64,000 bases of DNA. Source: Aplysia californica (Eukaryota). Position 1 is the stretch's first letter, and the number at the start of each line of letters is the position of its first letter. Shown here one piece after another: positions 36,301 through 50,198 of this stretch. Made by a program: the position numbers and the translations under genes. The notes beneath the pieces were generated by a model. That model was not told the DNA's origin, ran no database searches, and was given only the letters and a program-made list of their open reading frames with translations. The stretch lies in contig NW_004797799.1 of NCBI RefSeq assembly GCF_000002075.1, forward strand, positions 299,250 to 363,249, in the 5' to 3' direction.

Positions 36301-39300
36301 GTTCATACTTAGAGCCCAAACTTAATGCTACTGTACAAATTCACATGCCAACTGAATATGAAATCAGTCCAGATTTGGGAAAATTATGACTTTTTGGACA
36401 ACAAAGACTTGTTACCTTGCTACAGCCATAGTTTTAGGGAAAGTAACATGCTCGAAAAATGCACCAACACTTGGAAGCTTATAAACCAATCACAGACAAT
36501 ATATCTTATGCCATAGTTATTTTAGTTTAAAAGAAACAACTGTGCCATAAAAACGGTAATGCTAGATACAAAAACAAGGGATAACAGAAGGGTGGGAAAC
36601 AAACAAGATGTGTACCAGCTGCTCACAAACCATCCACTCACATAAAGAACAAACTCTCACATCTACAAAGAGCAGTCTCTTCTTAGCCAGAAGTCAAGCA
36701 TATTATAATAAGAGTATTCAGTTCCCCTAAAGCAAGAAAGCTGCAGCACCCACATTGTTCTTATGGTTCTGACTACTTGGTTGTAAAGCAAGAAAAAAAA
36801 GCTTGCTATGTGCCGAGTAGTCCAGTCATTTGCTATATATTAGTTGTACATTGGTGGCCTTATGCTGTATGGCAGCTATTTTTGAAAAAGCAGGATAAAT
36901 AATGACCCAGCACTGTTTTATACAAAAAGAAAATGTTTAAGTCTATAAAGAAGAAGGGTGGTCGTGAGAAAGGAGTTACAATAAGGGGGAGAGAATAACA
37001 TAACAGTGAGTTCCATTTCATGAAGTGAGGCAACAAACTTAAGAAACAGTTTTCGTAACATAAACATTTGCAATAAAATCTCAAAGCAAATTAATTTCAT
37101 GTTTCAATTAAAATAAACAACAGATCCTCAAAATTTACAAACATATTTTTCATAACTATGAACAGTAAAAAGAAAAAATATATAAATAGGCCTATTTTAC
37201 CAATAAAAATTTGACTAAATGTCTCACATCTGTTGTACTATACAGAAAAAAAACTTAATGGAACCACTGAAATGACCTAAATAGATGAAGAACAAAGCTT
37301 TTTGACATCCTCAATGCTACGTACGAAATCACGGACAATGAAAATATAAAATCACAGTACAGATCCAGATCTCAATGCTGATATCAAACAGTACATTGTT
37401 AAAAAATCAATACGAAAAAACAACAGTACATTTAACTGAACAAAAAAAAGCAATTAGCAGAGTGTTAGTTTTACAAAGAGTTTTACGGCACTTGCGACAC
37501 AAGTAGGTCATATAGGTGCCCAAATTAGAGATGCTACAAGAGAGTTGCATACAAAGATAAAGAGAAGAGATAAGGACAATAGATATTTGATAGGTAAGAA
37601 GGAACAAACCACACCAGAGCATCTGCCAATCACCCACATATCAGCATTGAAATAGAAACTGTCCATAACAATTTTGTATGACCATTCTTACCGATCTTTG
37701 CCATGGGCTGCTGGTCAAAGGACAACACACATAACAAGGAGAAAGCAGCAATGCTTCACCACAGCTTCAAGTTATTGCAAGTGCAGGTGCCCGCTGATGA
37801 CAAAGCAGCTGCGTTATCTCAAGAAAAAAGGGTATATTTTCTTGAACAACCCCATAGCACATAGGTAAATAAGCAGAGTAACATGTCTGACAAATAAATG
37901 TTTCAATATTGTAACAAAAAGCACCATAAGCAACATAAATTTGCAACCATTTATGAAAACATTTCGAGTACACAATCATTAAAAACAATCAATATGAAAA
38001 AAATCTGACATTTTGTTAAGACAGTCATCATCCTATGTTGCATTGGCCTATGACACACAGGCAATAAATAACACAAATAACTTTCTTTTTCTCCCATGGT
38101 AGATTTCAACAATCTTTGTCAGTATTTTACGAATGACCTTCTTGACAATTTACTATAATAGCAACAGCATCAAGTCTAACAGTGCTATCTCTTATTCACT
38201 TCACATTATTCTCCATCTCATTTTCTGCAAAACAAAAGTAGCTTGTATGTCAGTAAACTGAAGTCACTTTCGAAACACATTTGGAATGTTGAGTTAAGTT
38301 GGAACAAAAAAATCAAATAACTCCTTCAACAACTATTTGAAAGATTAAAATATCCTTTCTCCGTATAAAATCATATTTCAATATGAAACTTTTTTCTCTA
38401 CACCGCAATAACTTTCAAAAGAGAATCAAACACTGAATTGACACAACAAGAGAGTAGAGATGTGTCCATTTGACCGAACTATTCAATATTCACAATTTTT
38501 GCGCAATTCACAGCTATCTGAAGTGTGGCAGAGTCATTCAAATGTAACGTGATTTTTTACAGGCATTCTTATTTATCTCAATCCATTGTAAAATAAGAGC
38601 ATATTATACCTAAAATAATTGAGGTAAATCCAGCAATACTTTGTACTTGACACTTGAAGCCCAACAAATGTGTATCCAAGAAATCAAGAGTAGGCTGTAG
38701 CAACAAGCTCCTCTTTCCCTATTCGAAATTCCAAGCATTATGAAAGGTGACATGACATCATCATATTGCACTGTGTGTGCACCCGTACAACTTGCACTCT
38801 GTGGATAGCACTGTGAATAGTTAGTAAATATTGAACAGTGGAGGATAGGGATAGATTTTTATATTTTAACACAGTATTCAAATAACATGAATAGTGACTC
38901 TGTGCTTCGAAGCTTCAATGAAGCTTTTTTTCCCTCCTCAACATCGTAGAGCATGACAACTGAGAAGCTTAAGGTTAGTTATGTTACAAATTGAGGGGGA
39001 GAACATTCAAGAACGAAGAACTTCATGATACAAGGGAGATAATCACATTTCATTTAACACATTTTTAAAGGTTAATTACAAGGGGTAGGTGGGATTCACT
39101 ATAGGTACACTAAACAACATAGATCTCCCACATTGTCTGAAAGTTAAAAAATATTGGAATGGTGGTAAATGGAGCAGAAAATAAAACTTGTTAAAAGTCA
39201 CAACCTCGGTTGATATAACCAATATGCTTTTAAAAAAAAAAAAAAAAAAAAAAAAAGAGGATTTCTAAAACAGTAATGTGTTCAGGGGTCTGATTAAAAC

Positions 39301-41486
39301 AGCAGAGCCACTATTCACTTGTGGAATAAAATTTCTCTTTGTTTATTTGAACTGAGATGTAGTGCACCAACGTTGTGATTGTCAGATTAGAATCTAGATA
39401 GAAGTAGAAACAACAGCAGCACAGTAAAATTATCTGCTTCGACAACAGAAAGAATACATAACGTATAATGTGCTCTGACCAATTCACCTGCCCAAAGAGA
39501 GAAGGCCAAGATTTTATGCCTAGATATCAAACAGGAATGATCATTATTCCTCTTTTGTTTTCAAATTGAAAAATTCAACAATCTCAAACTCACATGTTTG
39601 ACAAAAGGTGAAAAAAAAAAAAAACTTCAAAAAGATTGAACAATCAACAAGGCACAGACCAAAAGCCAAAAGTGACAGTGTACATAAAAACAACAACTGA
39701 CAAATATATATTAACTCAAAGAGGGTTTTTTTTGCTCTACTCAGGATCATATTTTGATTAGTCAGCTATTTTTCTGACAACCTGCAGCAAAGGGCACAAG
39801 ACAAGAGACTAGTGGACAAGTGGAAGACATAAATAGACTTGAGATCAGACTAACACTGGACATCTTGTAATACACTGTACAAAAGAGGATTAAAAAAACA
39901 TCCCACTCCACATACATCACACATTATGCTGGGAACAGAGTAATGTTCCAGATACCTAATTCTTCCCAGTGCAGAGGTTCAAGTTTTGATGGGCGAGATT
40001 GCAAAAGTATTAGGAAGGGTAACAATGGACTGAAGAGGACTACATGTACTTGGATAGAAACTTGAGAACCTGTTTTCCTTCCATTTATCATTATCATCAC
40101 TGCATCAAGGCATAGGCCACAAACAAACACTTTCCATATCCTGGACTAGCCCCTTGGTATTATTCCATGTCTTCCCACTTTTCTTTTCTCCCATATACAA
40201 AGAAGCCAAACGACTCCGTACTGACGGTAACAGATAGGATTACGAAAGAACAAAAAGTCAGAGGCAATGAACAGGAGGAGCACCTTCTTCTGGGAGGGTA
40301 ATCAGCCTCAGAGGACAGCACATCTCAATTGCTTGGTGAAGTCAGGGTGTAATCTAAACTGAGTAAAGTTGTAGTCAACAGTGTGTCAACTCAATTATTA
40401 CGTTTCTCAAGGAATGGCCTAGGAAAACCAAAAGTTGAAGAAAAAGCCCATATCAGAGCAGCCGCCAACCACGTATGTCACAATCTGTACTTTTTAAACA
40501 GTTGTTCATTACAGTACATGCAGTGAAATGGATGAACTCACACCCAGCAGAGAGTAACATAATTATACTGGCCAACAAACCTCATGACAGAAAGTGATGA
40601 CATCTTGGAAAGAGATACAAGTATCAACAGATGATTCGAAACTCCTAATTCAAACAAGATATGTAAGAAAAACTTAAGACCGACACTGCAAAGAGAAGAA
40701 CTTACAGATCAGACAAAATGCATAAAACTGCAGTTCTGAGACAGAAAAAAAAATCTGTGTAGTATCCACCCCATGTTGGCCCCACATCCTAGACAGAATC
40801 AATTTCTACTGTAAGTTTATCTTTTGTCTTTGTACACACGACATGCAACAATTAAAATTATTGCAATTGTAATTGTAAAATGTCCCGAGGTATATGCCCG
40901 AGTTGTGTCTAGGCATAAAAATATCTGTAAAAAAATAACTGTAACTGTAAATAACTATATATTATGTTTCTACGAGTATGAATAAAGTTATCTCTTCACT
41001 GTTTTTGTTCAGTGTAAAGAATAAGGGAACATACATAAAAGTAACAAAATGCGTGATGTGACAACACTACTCTCACACAGTGAGGGAATATATCAACCCA
41101 CAAAAGTGACAATACAGTTCACAACTTGCTATTGTACAACAGTTTATATTTACAGATAAACTCAGAACTGAAAGTGTGAGTTAGGCAAAAGACATATGAC
41201 ACAGCAGCTGTATAGTGGTCGTCAAGGTGACAGAAATGAGTTACTTTCTCATTTAAATAGCGATGGGAAAACCTTTCATGGGTTGCCAGTGACAGCCTCC
41301 CAGGGCAAAGTTATGTGGCATCATGAATATCAAAACCTAGTGATTCATCAGTATGTAGAGGCAGTAGACCATGGGTGCAACACTTGCAGATTCTCACTCT
41401 CAGCATCATTCACACAAACAGAATGAGGGAAAGAGGGAAAAGGGGGGGGGGTGGAGAGGTATGTCACACACGTTACATGCAAAAGC

Positions 41487-41629
41487 TCAAATCTGGCCCG
41501 TCCTCATTCTCCCTTTGACCATGCTGCAAAATGTCTCCCTCACAGCAACAGCAGCGCTGGCACAGGGTTCACTGAGTGCACTGGTCACAGACACCAGCTC
41601 TTTCTCCAGGCCAGAGACATACTCTTCAT
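41487..41629 (-). CDS. Gene 2 last coding exon (DEEYVSGLEKEL...RTGQI*)
   Basis: Acceptor tttttgcacag|, TGA at 41489-41487. The nine exons total 2073 nt in one frame. Confidence 0.82.
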
Positions 41630-42751
41630 CTGTGCAAAAACAAAAAAATAAAAAAAAATTAAAAAACGAAATATTTTAAAAAGAAGAGAAAATATAATTT
41701 TATGTGTGGCAGTGGGGAATTTAAACATCACAGAGAGTCAATCTGAAGGTGGAAAAAAAAATATCACTACAAAAATACTGAGCTTAAGTTTCAGCAAAGA
41801 ACAGCACATGGACACAGTAACAAGACATCTAGTGCAGGGAAAAAGTAAGACAAATGAACACAAACAACACAGGGGAAATAAAAGAAGGAGTAGGACCTAC
41901 CAGTGGCACCCTCCATCCACCTGCATAAGAAAACATTTTGATAGTGGTAATATTTAAAAGAAATAGAAGGATTAGGAAACACAGGAGCAACCAGCAACAG
42001 TCTGCTGCTGTATATGAGAAATCCCAGTCCACAACCCCATGCATTTGTCAGGAGTATCAGACACTGTGTTCGAGTAAAGAGAAGCATACTGACACAATAA
42101 CATTAAAAAAAAAGTATTTTAGAGCAGAGAAAAAGTATGACAGATAGACACAAATAAGAGAAGGAAATAAAAGTAGAACAATCTAACAGTGGCATCCTCA
42201 AATCACTTGCATATCAGACAGAAGTACATGATGAAAAACAAAAACAACGTATTGCACGTACAGGTAAAGCCTTAAAGTCAAACTTTTCTCACACCTTCAA
42301 CCCCCCCCCCCACATCCACATGAAAGAAATGAAGTCCACACAAAATATAAAAGACATTATAAAGAGAGACTGAAGCCACAAGAGAAGGAAAGACAGTTTT
42401 TACAACAAATCAAGCAAGGCACATTTACATAATAACAGTCATTTTGTGAACGGAAAAATCAAGGGAAAGATTTAGTTTTTGCAAAAGTTTTACAACACTT
42501 GCAACGTAATTAGGTCATATAAACGTGCCAAAGATTAGAGGTGTTACATGAGAGTAACAAACACACAAAAAAACAAGGAGAGATAAGGACTATAGCTGTA
42601 TGACAGAGAAGTAGGAGCAAACTACACCAGAGCACCCCCCAACCACCCATCAATAGAGACAGTCAGATGCCACAGAGGTAAAGAAAAGAAGGAGAATTTT
42701 CCAGACTGGCCCCTTTCAACCATCTGTAGAAGGAGAGTACAAGTGACTTAC

Positions 42752-42897
42752 CCGCTGCGATGGGCGAGAGCTGTGTGTCTCTGACCACACTGGCCAGTAC
42801 TTCTCCCACCAGGAAAAACATCTTCACGTGGAGTTTTGAAGTGAGACTCTGGACCAGCACCTCCAGGCTCTTACGGACAAGGTCAAAGGCCAACATC
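42752..42897 (-). CDS. Gene 2 exon (MLAFDLVRKSLEVLVQ...SPIAA)
   Basis: Acceptor ttccccag|, donor G|gtaagt, 146 nt, phase 2-1. Confidence 0.85.
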
Positions 42898-43631
42898 CTG
42901 GGGAACAAACACACGCACCAAAAATGTATATAATTTTCTAAATAATATTTGTGAGTTATAAGGACGCAAAATAACACAATGACCCTTAAACATCACAGGG
43001 TAAAAGTCATACCACAATGTGAGAAAAGAGAATTAGTTTGACAAAAGAGAAGCACATTGACAAAATAAAAGTCGTTTGGAGGAAGATTAAAGTTAGGTAT
43101 GCAAAGAGAAAAAAAAAATAGAGGGGAAGAAATGACATTTGACCAAAGAGTGCCACCCTCCACCCACACTAGTTTTTGGGTTAAACATAAGTTAATTAAC
43201 CCAATGATGGTAAACTGTTGGTGGGAATAGGGCCATACCACAAACAGAAATATGGATGAAAAGTATCTTCTTATCGCTTTCCACTTTACCACATATTCTG
43301 GCCTAGAAAATGAACATTTTAGGGCGAAGTAGATTATTAAGTCACACAAAAAAAGTATAGAAAGCATCTAATTTTAAAGTAATTTCACTTGTGGATAGAG
43401 AAAACAAAAATGAGGGTCTAATTGGTATTTAAATGAAAATTCAAAATGGCTAGTCTAGGCAAAGGGATTTGCATTCAAAGGGAAGCTCATATATCAAAGG
43501 ATAAAGCATTTGAAAGTGTCAAACGCAATGCAAAGGAAAGCAGTATTGCTGTAGCAGTATCAAAAACTATTTTATAAACAACTAATCCCAGGGTAATTTC
43601 TCTTTCTGAGCAGGGCAAAGTTTGTAGATAT

Positions 43632-44058
43632 GTGAGGCATCATGTTTAAATCAGGTACTCGTCAAATAATCAAATAGAAGAAAGCGGCATGTTTCCACTT
43701 GTTTGGCAATTTTTAATCAACGTTTTGTTTTTTGATTCATCACTTTCTATGTCTATTTAAAAACTTATTTACGTGTGGATTTTACTGAAAAACATGATTA
43801 AAGGTTCATATGTAAATGTAAGTAAATGTAAATTTGCTGTTTCCAAGGACTCTTAAGCTTTGGAAGTCACTAAACTTTGGTGGCCATTTTCTCGATAACT
43901 TTACCATTGATCCCCACCTCCTTCAATCAGACATATTCAATATACAAGTGTATGCTTTTCACAAAAAACAAGATAAATGAACGAGCTTTATTTAAGATGA
44001 TTAATAACTCCTTATGACCAAAAATTGACGAGCGCCTGATGCCACCACGATGTGACAC
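43632..44058. mobile_element. Same ATAT-flanked MITE (copy 2)
   Basis: Same TIRs and internal blocks (ggattttactgaaaa, aagctttggaa). Flanks are ATAT and ATGT. Confidence 0.8.
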
Positions 44059-44110
44059 ATGTGTGACAACTTGAGCATCTCTTGCATCATCAGCTGTGGC
44101 CACGACTCAC

Positions 44111-44319
44111 TTGTATCTGACGGCATCGATGACACTGATGACAGTGGCGGGATCCGTGTCCATCAGAGTTGTCTCCTCCTTGTACTGACTGCGGGCAAAC
44201 TGCAGCACCCCAGGTGGGATGCCAGGGCGGGCCAGGAGCTCAAACAGGGGCAAGTCAATCAGTCTCAATGCCTGGGGGTCACGACCTCTCACAGAAGCCG
44301 AGCATAGGTGACACGTTAC
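44111..44319 (-). CDS. Gene 2 exon (VTCHLCSASVRGRDPQALRL...AVRYK)
   Basis: Acceptor tttccccag|, donor AA|gtgagt, 209 nt, phase 0-2. Confidence 0.85.
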
Positions 44320-45310
44320 CTGGGGAAATGGGAAATAGAATTAATTTACGGGGGGGGGGGGGGGGGGGGAGGGGGTGGGCGCGGTTAGCATAGCATACAT
44401 TCAGTCAGCACAGCAGCATCTACTTTTTTCAAAGCAAAGTAAATTAGGAAAAAAGCAAGATGTTTTGATAAGTGCTTTATGGCACTTGCAACACAATTAG
44501 GTCATATAAGTGCCAAGGTATAAAAGTGTTACAAGACAGTAACAAACACACAAAAGGAGAAGAGATGAGGACGATAGATGTTTGATTGGAAAGAAAGAGC
44601 AAACCACACCAGAGCACCCGTCAACCATCCACAAGAGAAAAAGCAAAAACTGAAAAGATACTGAAGCAGACCACACCACTCTACTCACTGACAATGTGCA
44701 TCTAAAATTAAAGCACTTTCCTGACCAGATCTTTAATTCAAATATTTAAAAACCTCTTCACAGCCTACCCTGAGATTGTATAAACTACTTGATACCATTA
44801 TTGAAGAGTTCTGGCAGTGAAGGGATTAAAAGCTGTGAATGATCAACTGCTTGACAGAGAGGAGAAAAACTAAATGATTTCATGGAGATGGCCTCATAGC
44901 TGTTAAAATCCAAAGATGAGGTGGTATGAACTTACACTACATGTATACCAAAACAACCCTGACTCTGATATTCAGGACAGCTGAGTAATAGATCAAATGA
45001 CTACCGCTATACTTTGTCTTGAAAAGATGGGTGGGGGAGTAACAGGCTTACCACATGTAGAATACAGGCATGAACTTCAAAAGTATCAACCAAGGAACAA
45101 AATATTGGGATACCTTCAAAATGAGTAACTTACAGGCACTGCTCACTTGGACTAATCATAATACAGTGGAGTCCACTAAAACTGAAATCGGCTGAATAAT
45201 TTCTGTTCAGCTACATTTTTGTTTCAGAGAAGTTGCTTGAAAAGAAAGAAAAAAATCAGAGACTTTATTTTATTTCAGTTTATTACTGTTTTCAAATTAA
45301 CCATGTTCAG

Positions 45311-45661
45311 GGTGGCATCCGTGGCCTAGTGGTTAGGTTCCCAGACTCGCAACCATAAGGTCGTGGGTTCAAATCCCATCTGGGACCTGACGTTGTGTCC
45401 TTAGGAAAGGCATTTTACACGAATTTTCCTCACTTTACCCAGGTGGGAATGGGTACCCAGCTATAGACAATGAAAGATCTTGTAAGTTTGCTAGTGTTTG
45501 AGTGCTTAATCAGCTGCTTGCATTTTATGCTTCCCGGGAAGCTGAGAATGTTTCTGAGTGTCCTATGGTCTGCTGGGGTAATAATATATAGTGTAAAGAG
45601 CATGATAGAGCTTGCTGTAGAGCAGGATTGTGCGCTATACAAATGCTATTTATTATTATTA
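45311..45661 (+). mobile_element. tRNA-derived SINE, second full-length copy
   Basis: A box GTGGCCTAGTGG, B box GGTTCAAATCC, same body and (TAT)n tail. Confidence 0.88.
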
Positions 45662-46229
45662 AGAGGACTTTATTGTACATATAACATGACAGAAATACTA
45701 AAAATAAGTAGAAAGAGCACACCATATTACAGCACCCTTAATCACCTGCACAGTAAAAAAAAAAACTCAAGAGAAAGAGGGAAGACAACACAAAAATACC
45801 AGCAGATCTCATCCAAAAAAGGACCAATACAATTTCGACAGAAATCTTAAGGGCACCTGAGTAAGTCTTCACTGATGCCTCAAAGACATGAGAACATAGA
45901 CATCTGAACAGAGGTCAAACATCATACTCAGAAGACATTCAATAATCTCAAAATCCAAAACAGATTCCCTGTTTAAGAATTAATATGGTGAGCAAAGCTA
46001 TGACAAAAGCCACTGAGAAGAAAAGAAAAACAGATATCAATCCTCCAAGGTGCATTTCAACCTCAACCACACGTGGAGGATAACCAAATCAAAGAAACTT
46101 ATCCCAAGTAGTAGAGAGCAATGTCCTGCAGCCAGTGTTATCATTGAAAAACTAAGGGAAGCGTTATCATTTCAAATTTCAGTTCCACATATTGCACTCG
46201 ACAAACCCACATTAATGCCCTAGCCTTAC

Positions 46230-47061
46230 CTGAATACTCATCAGTCGTCTCATAAAGTTTTCATCAGCAGCAGAGTAACGGAAATCAGTCAGATCAACGC
46301 ATGGAGACTGTGATGACCCAGATAAAGATCCAGGTGATGAAGAATCGAATGACCCACAAACAGACGACGAATTTTGATTCACATTTTTCACTTCAGAATG
46401 TCTACCATCGTGACCGTCAGAACAACTTTCATTAGATACGTTGCCATTTGTCTCATCTGGCGAGTGGAACCCTGGCTCAGGTTCACTGTCGGATGGTGTG
46501 TTAATGCACACGGGAATAGCACCGATAGGTCGGCGAGCGGGTTTTGCTGGAGGAACGGAGTTGTCTAGCGCTGATGATGACGTGTTCACTGGCTGAATTA
46601 TTTCGCCGTCGCTGCTGTCCACAGAGGAGAAATTTGCAGGGTAAATCAAACTCCGGGACAAAATCTGTATATCAGGGCTCTCCACCCCGTTGCTGTTGTC
46701 TGGAGGATGAGGATCTGGTAACTGCCCAGGGGTTGGTGAATACGCCTCAGACGATGACGATGTAAACGAATCGTGTCCTTGTAAATCATTTTCATCGATG
46801 AAAGAAACTCGGCGGTCTGGTGTTTTCAGATTTTCAAACGATCGAGCTTTCTTTAGAATTCCATTCGAACCACCATTTTCATCCTCATAAAGTGAATCCT
46901 TTTCTAAACTTCCACCGTGCTCGCCATCTGTATCCTTGGAATCTGCATCCTCGGCTCCATTGCAAATGCTAGTTGAGGCATCGTCATCCTCAACCTCATC
47001 GTGAAAGTTCACAACTGGGCGTTCCATATCAGGCTGAGATTCCCAGATTTTGCACTGACGC
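46230..47061 (-). CDS. Gene 2 large exon: acidic, Ser/Pro-rich, predicted disordered
   Basis: Acceptor ttttcttag|, donor CAG|gtaagg, 832 nt open, phase 2-0. Confidence 0.88.
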
Positions 47062-48800
47062 CTAAGAAAAGGATAAATAAAACAAATGTTACATTTTGGC
47101 TTGAAATGAGAGACCATGAAAAGTGCTTTTAAAATATATATCCATGGCTGGGTACTAACCCCAAATTGAGTAATAGTGTTTGTCAGTCTTGCATCCAGTC
47201 ATCAATATACAAGCACAATAAATGGAATAATACAGTAACAGAGGGCTGAGATTTTAAAAAATTCTCTTCAGTGAACACTGTACCCTTTTTCTTATCTGGT
47301 CTAAGAGTGAAATGTTACTTGAAATTCTCTTACGACAAAACTGTTTTCGTATTCTTGACAAACAACCTTTTTAAATTTGAAAGTAAAGAGAGTAAAAATA
47401 TTTGATTAATACACCAGAAGAACTGCTAGCTTATATTATAGTTACTACAGCTACTACACTAGTTGTAATTATTCGCCATCTTAAAAAAAAGAGAGCAAAC
47501 ATAACAGAGAACTTTATACAAAGCTTAAGTATATCTGAGAAAACATTTATGAAAAAAACTTATTACAAGTTAAAGTATCCAGGACTTCCGAGGGCATAAT
47601 AAATTTAAAAAGAAAAAAAAGTAGAACTGTGTGGCTAAACTCATGAGTCACACTTGAAAACATGCTACAATGGACACTGGTTTTTTTTTTACGAATGAGG
47701 AATACAAATTGTTTGTTCCATTAACTGAGAAGTTTAGGACAAGACATCAGCCATCTGTTTAGAAGAAAGAAACTGCTCAAGGATGTAACGGACATTCTTC
47801 TGATGTCTCACTATAACTGAAGTACCAGAGAGTACCTGTACAACAACAAAAGACTCTTACAAAAAGTGGCATACTCTGTCTAATCAACTCTTGTCTGTTG
47901 GACTTTAAAAAACCAATAGACCATTACTACTTTGATCATTAAGTGAAGAGAAAAAGACAAACATGAAAGTGATGACAACAATGTAAGACCCACAAGCACG
48001 GTCATCCAAATGCTGTGTGGATTCATACTCAAAGTGGTAACTCGTTTACATGTGAATAATCCTGACTAATGAAAAAAACCAAACTCAAACATTTTTCAAA
48101 ATAGTTGTGAGGAGATCTTGTTGATATTCTCTCTAAATGTACACACTATGCAAATAGTTTCACAGTCATCATCAGAGTATTCTGCAATCCAAAGGTAGAG
48201 CAACCTAACTGCACATTTCGTAATTTTGAAACAAAAAAACAAAACCCCCTCCCAAAAAAACTTTTCGACACATAACCTGAATGTTCCTAAACATGATTGA
48301 GCAGAAATGTAGATACGTCACTCTGCCATTCACGATGGAATAGAGATTAGTCACAAAGGCAGCTTAACCACTTTGAAACCTACTATTATGACTGCAGATA
48401 CAATATCCTGCCTTTGACCAAAGAAAATTCAGTGTAACAAACCAATAAAACTAAAAGGTGATCGATCAGATACATCGCTATGCCTTGCTTGGAGGGCAGT
48501 ATTATGCAGATGAAAAAAACACACCAAATTCAATAGCCCCGTATGTTTTACGAATTCTTTTGCCTTTCTGTTATTGAATTCTCATACTGAACTGAGTTGA
48601 GAAGTAGTTTAAACTGTAATGATATTGTCATGGCTACTGTTTGCGAGGAAGAGCTCACAAAAATAGCAGTGTTGAAAAGAAGCATAAGAGACAGATCATA
48701 CCAGATTAGCTCAAAGAGATGAGCTTCCTACACTGTCACTCAGTCACTGTGACACTTAGCACAATAATATAAAATGTGCACATCTTTCCGGGCGACCCAC

Positions 48801-48978
48801 CTTAACTGATCCATCTTGGCACATTCAAAGAGAAACCTGCGGCCATCCATCTTGACTGTGAGATCAGCACAGTACACAGCGAGCGCGTCCCGCACCAGGG
48901 CAAGCGTGTTGTGGTACAGGTACTCCAGCACGCTCATCACCAGTGAGATGTAGGTGCGCAGATCTGGGTAAGGGGAAT
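48801..48978 (-). CDS. Gene 2 exon (DSPYPDLRTY...MDQLR)
   Basis: Acceptor tattgacag|, donor AG|gtgggt, 178 nt, phase 1-2. Confidence 0.82.
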
Positions 48979-49140
48979 CTGTCAATAAAATTATCATAAT
49001 TGCTCTTTACCTCCATTGCCATAATTGAGATGATTTGGAGTATACATATCCAGTTGCACCTGTTCAAGGTGACCACCCATTGTCGAGGAGAAAAGTGGTC
49101 CTTTTGAAAAGTGCAATCACAAAACAGAAAAAAATTGTTG

Positions 49141-49497
49141 TTCGTTTTGGTAAGGTTTTACAGCGCTCGCAACTGCATAAGGTCATATGAGCGCCAAAGG
49201 GAGGATGTCAACAGAGAAGTCTAAACGGGGAATCAGGCTTACTCTGCTCACCTAACTAGCCTCAACAGCATAAAGTCTACTTCGGATATCAAAGCACCCC
49301 GGATATAGCAGTTCACAGTGAGTGACAAACATACAAAAGAAGTAGAGGAATAATGACGATAGTAAGGTTAAGGATGAAGAAAGAAAAAGCAGCAGTTCCC
49401 CCTAAGTTGTTATGGCAGAGTATGAGCATGACATTGGTAAATCAGCCCATTTACAATTCTACTGTGCATAAGAACATGTTAATATCCCCCTTTTTCA
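49141..49497 (-). repeat. Type B repeat, second copy
   Basis: Matches 32980-33320 along its length. Confidence 0.82.
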
Positions 49498-50198
49498 GAA
49501 CAAACAATGATAGAACATTAGTGCTATCTTATGATATATATGAGACAAATTAATAATTCTAAGATGTTTATTTGGTTTAAAGACAAAAGCAACAAAATCA
49601 ACTGCATGTACCAGTTCTCCTGTTTTATCCATGGTAAGATCAAGCACCTAGTCTTCTTTGATGAAGATGAAACCAATCAGTAAATAACACATTGAGCCTT
49701 TGCTCAGGATTCAAGTACTCACTCAAGTATTCTAAATTTACATGGAATGAGACTCGAGTCCAAAATACTGGACTTGCACATCCCAAAATGAACACTAATA
49801 CTAATACCCATCTGACCTTTTATCTACACATCAAAGGTATTGTATGTCCAGCAACATATGGGCTCACTGGGAGAGACTACACACAGAAAAATAACACAAC
49901 TCATTAAGACTCGACTCTCAACATCTGATGCCTCTTCCAAAACAAAATGGGATGTTAACAAGGATAAAATAATGATAACAAGAAGATATGAACACTATCC
50001 TCCTCTCTCCCTAAAATATGATACAACTTAGTGTGGTTCCCCCCCTCCCCCTGACTTTGAACATCTGGGAGCTTCTCACCCATGGGAATATTCCAGTCGT
50101 TTGTTGTGTTTGCTCTAGACTAGTTTCGCTTTTTCTGGAGTAATGACAGATGCGACATGCAAGGAAGAGTGGGGGTGTGGTACGATGTATACATTCTA

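Noticed and set aside
45311-45390. tRNA gene
   Set aside because: A and B boxes are present, but it continues into a SINE body shared with 12715-13072 and has no proper acceptor stem.
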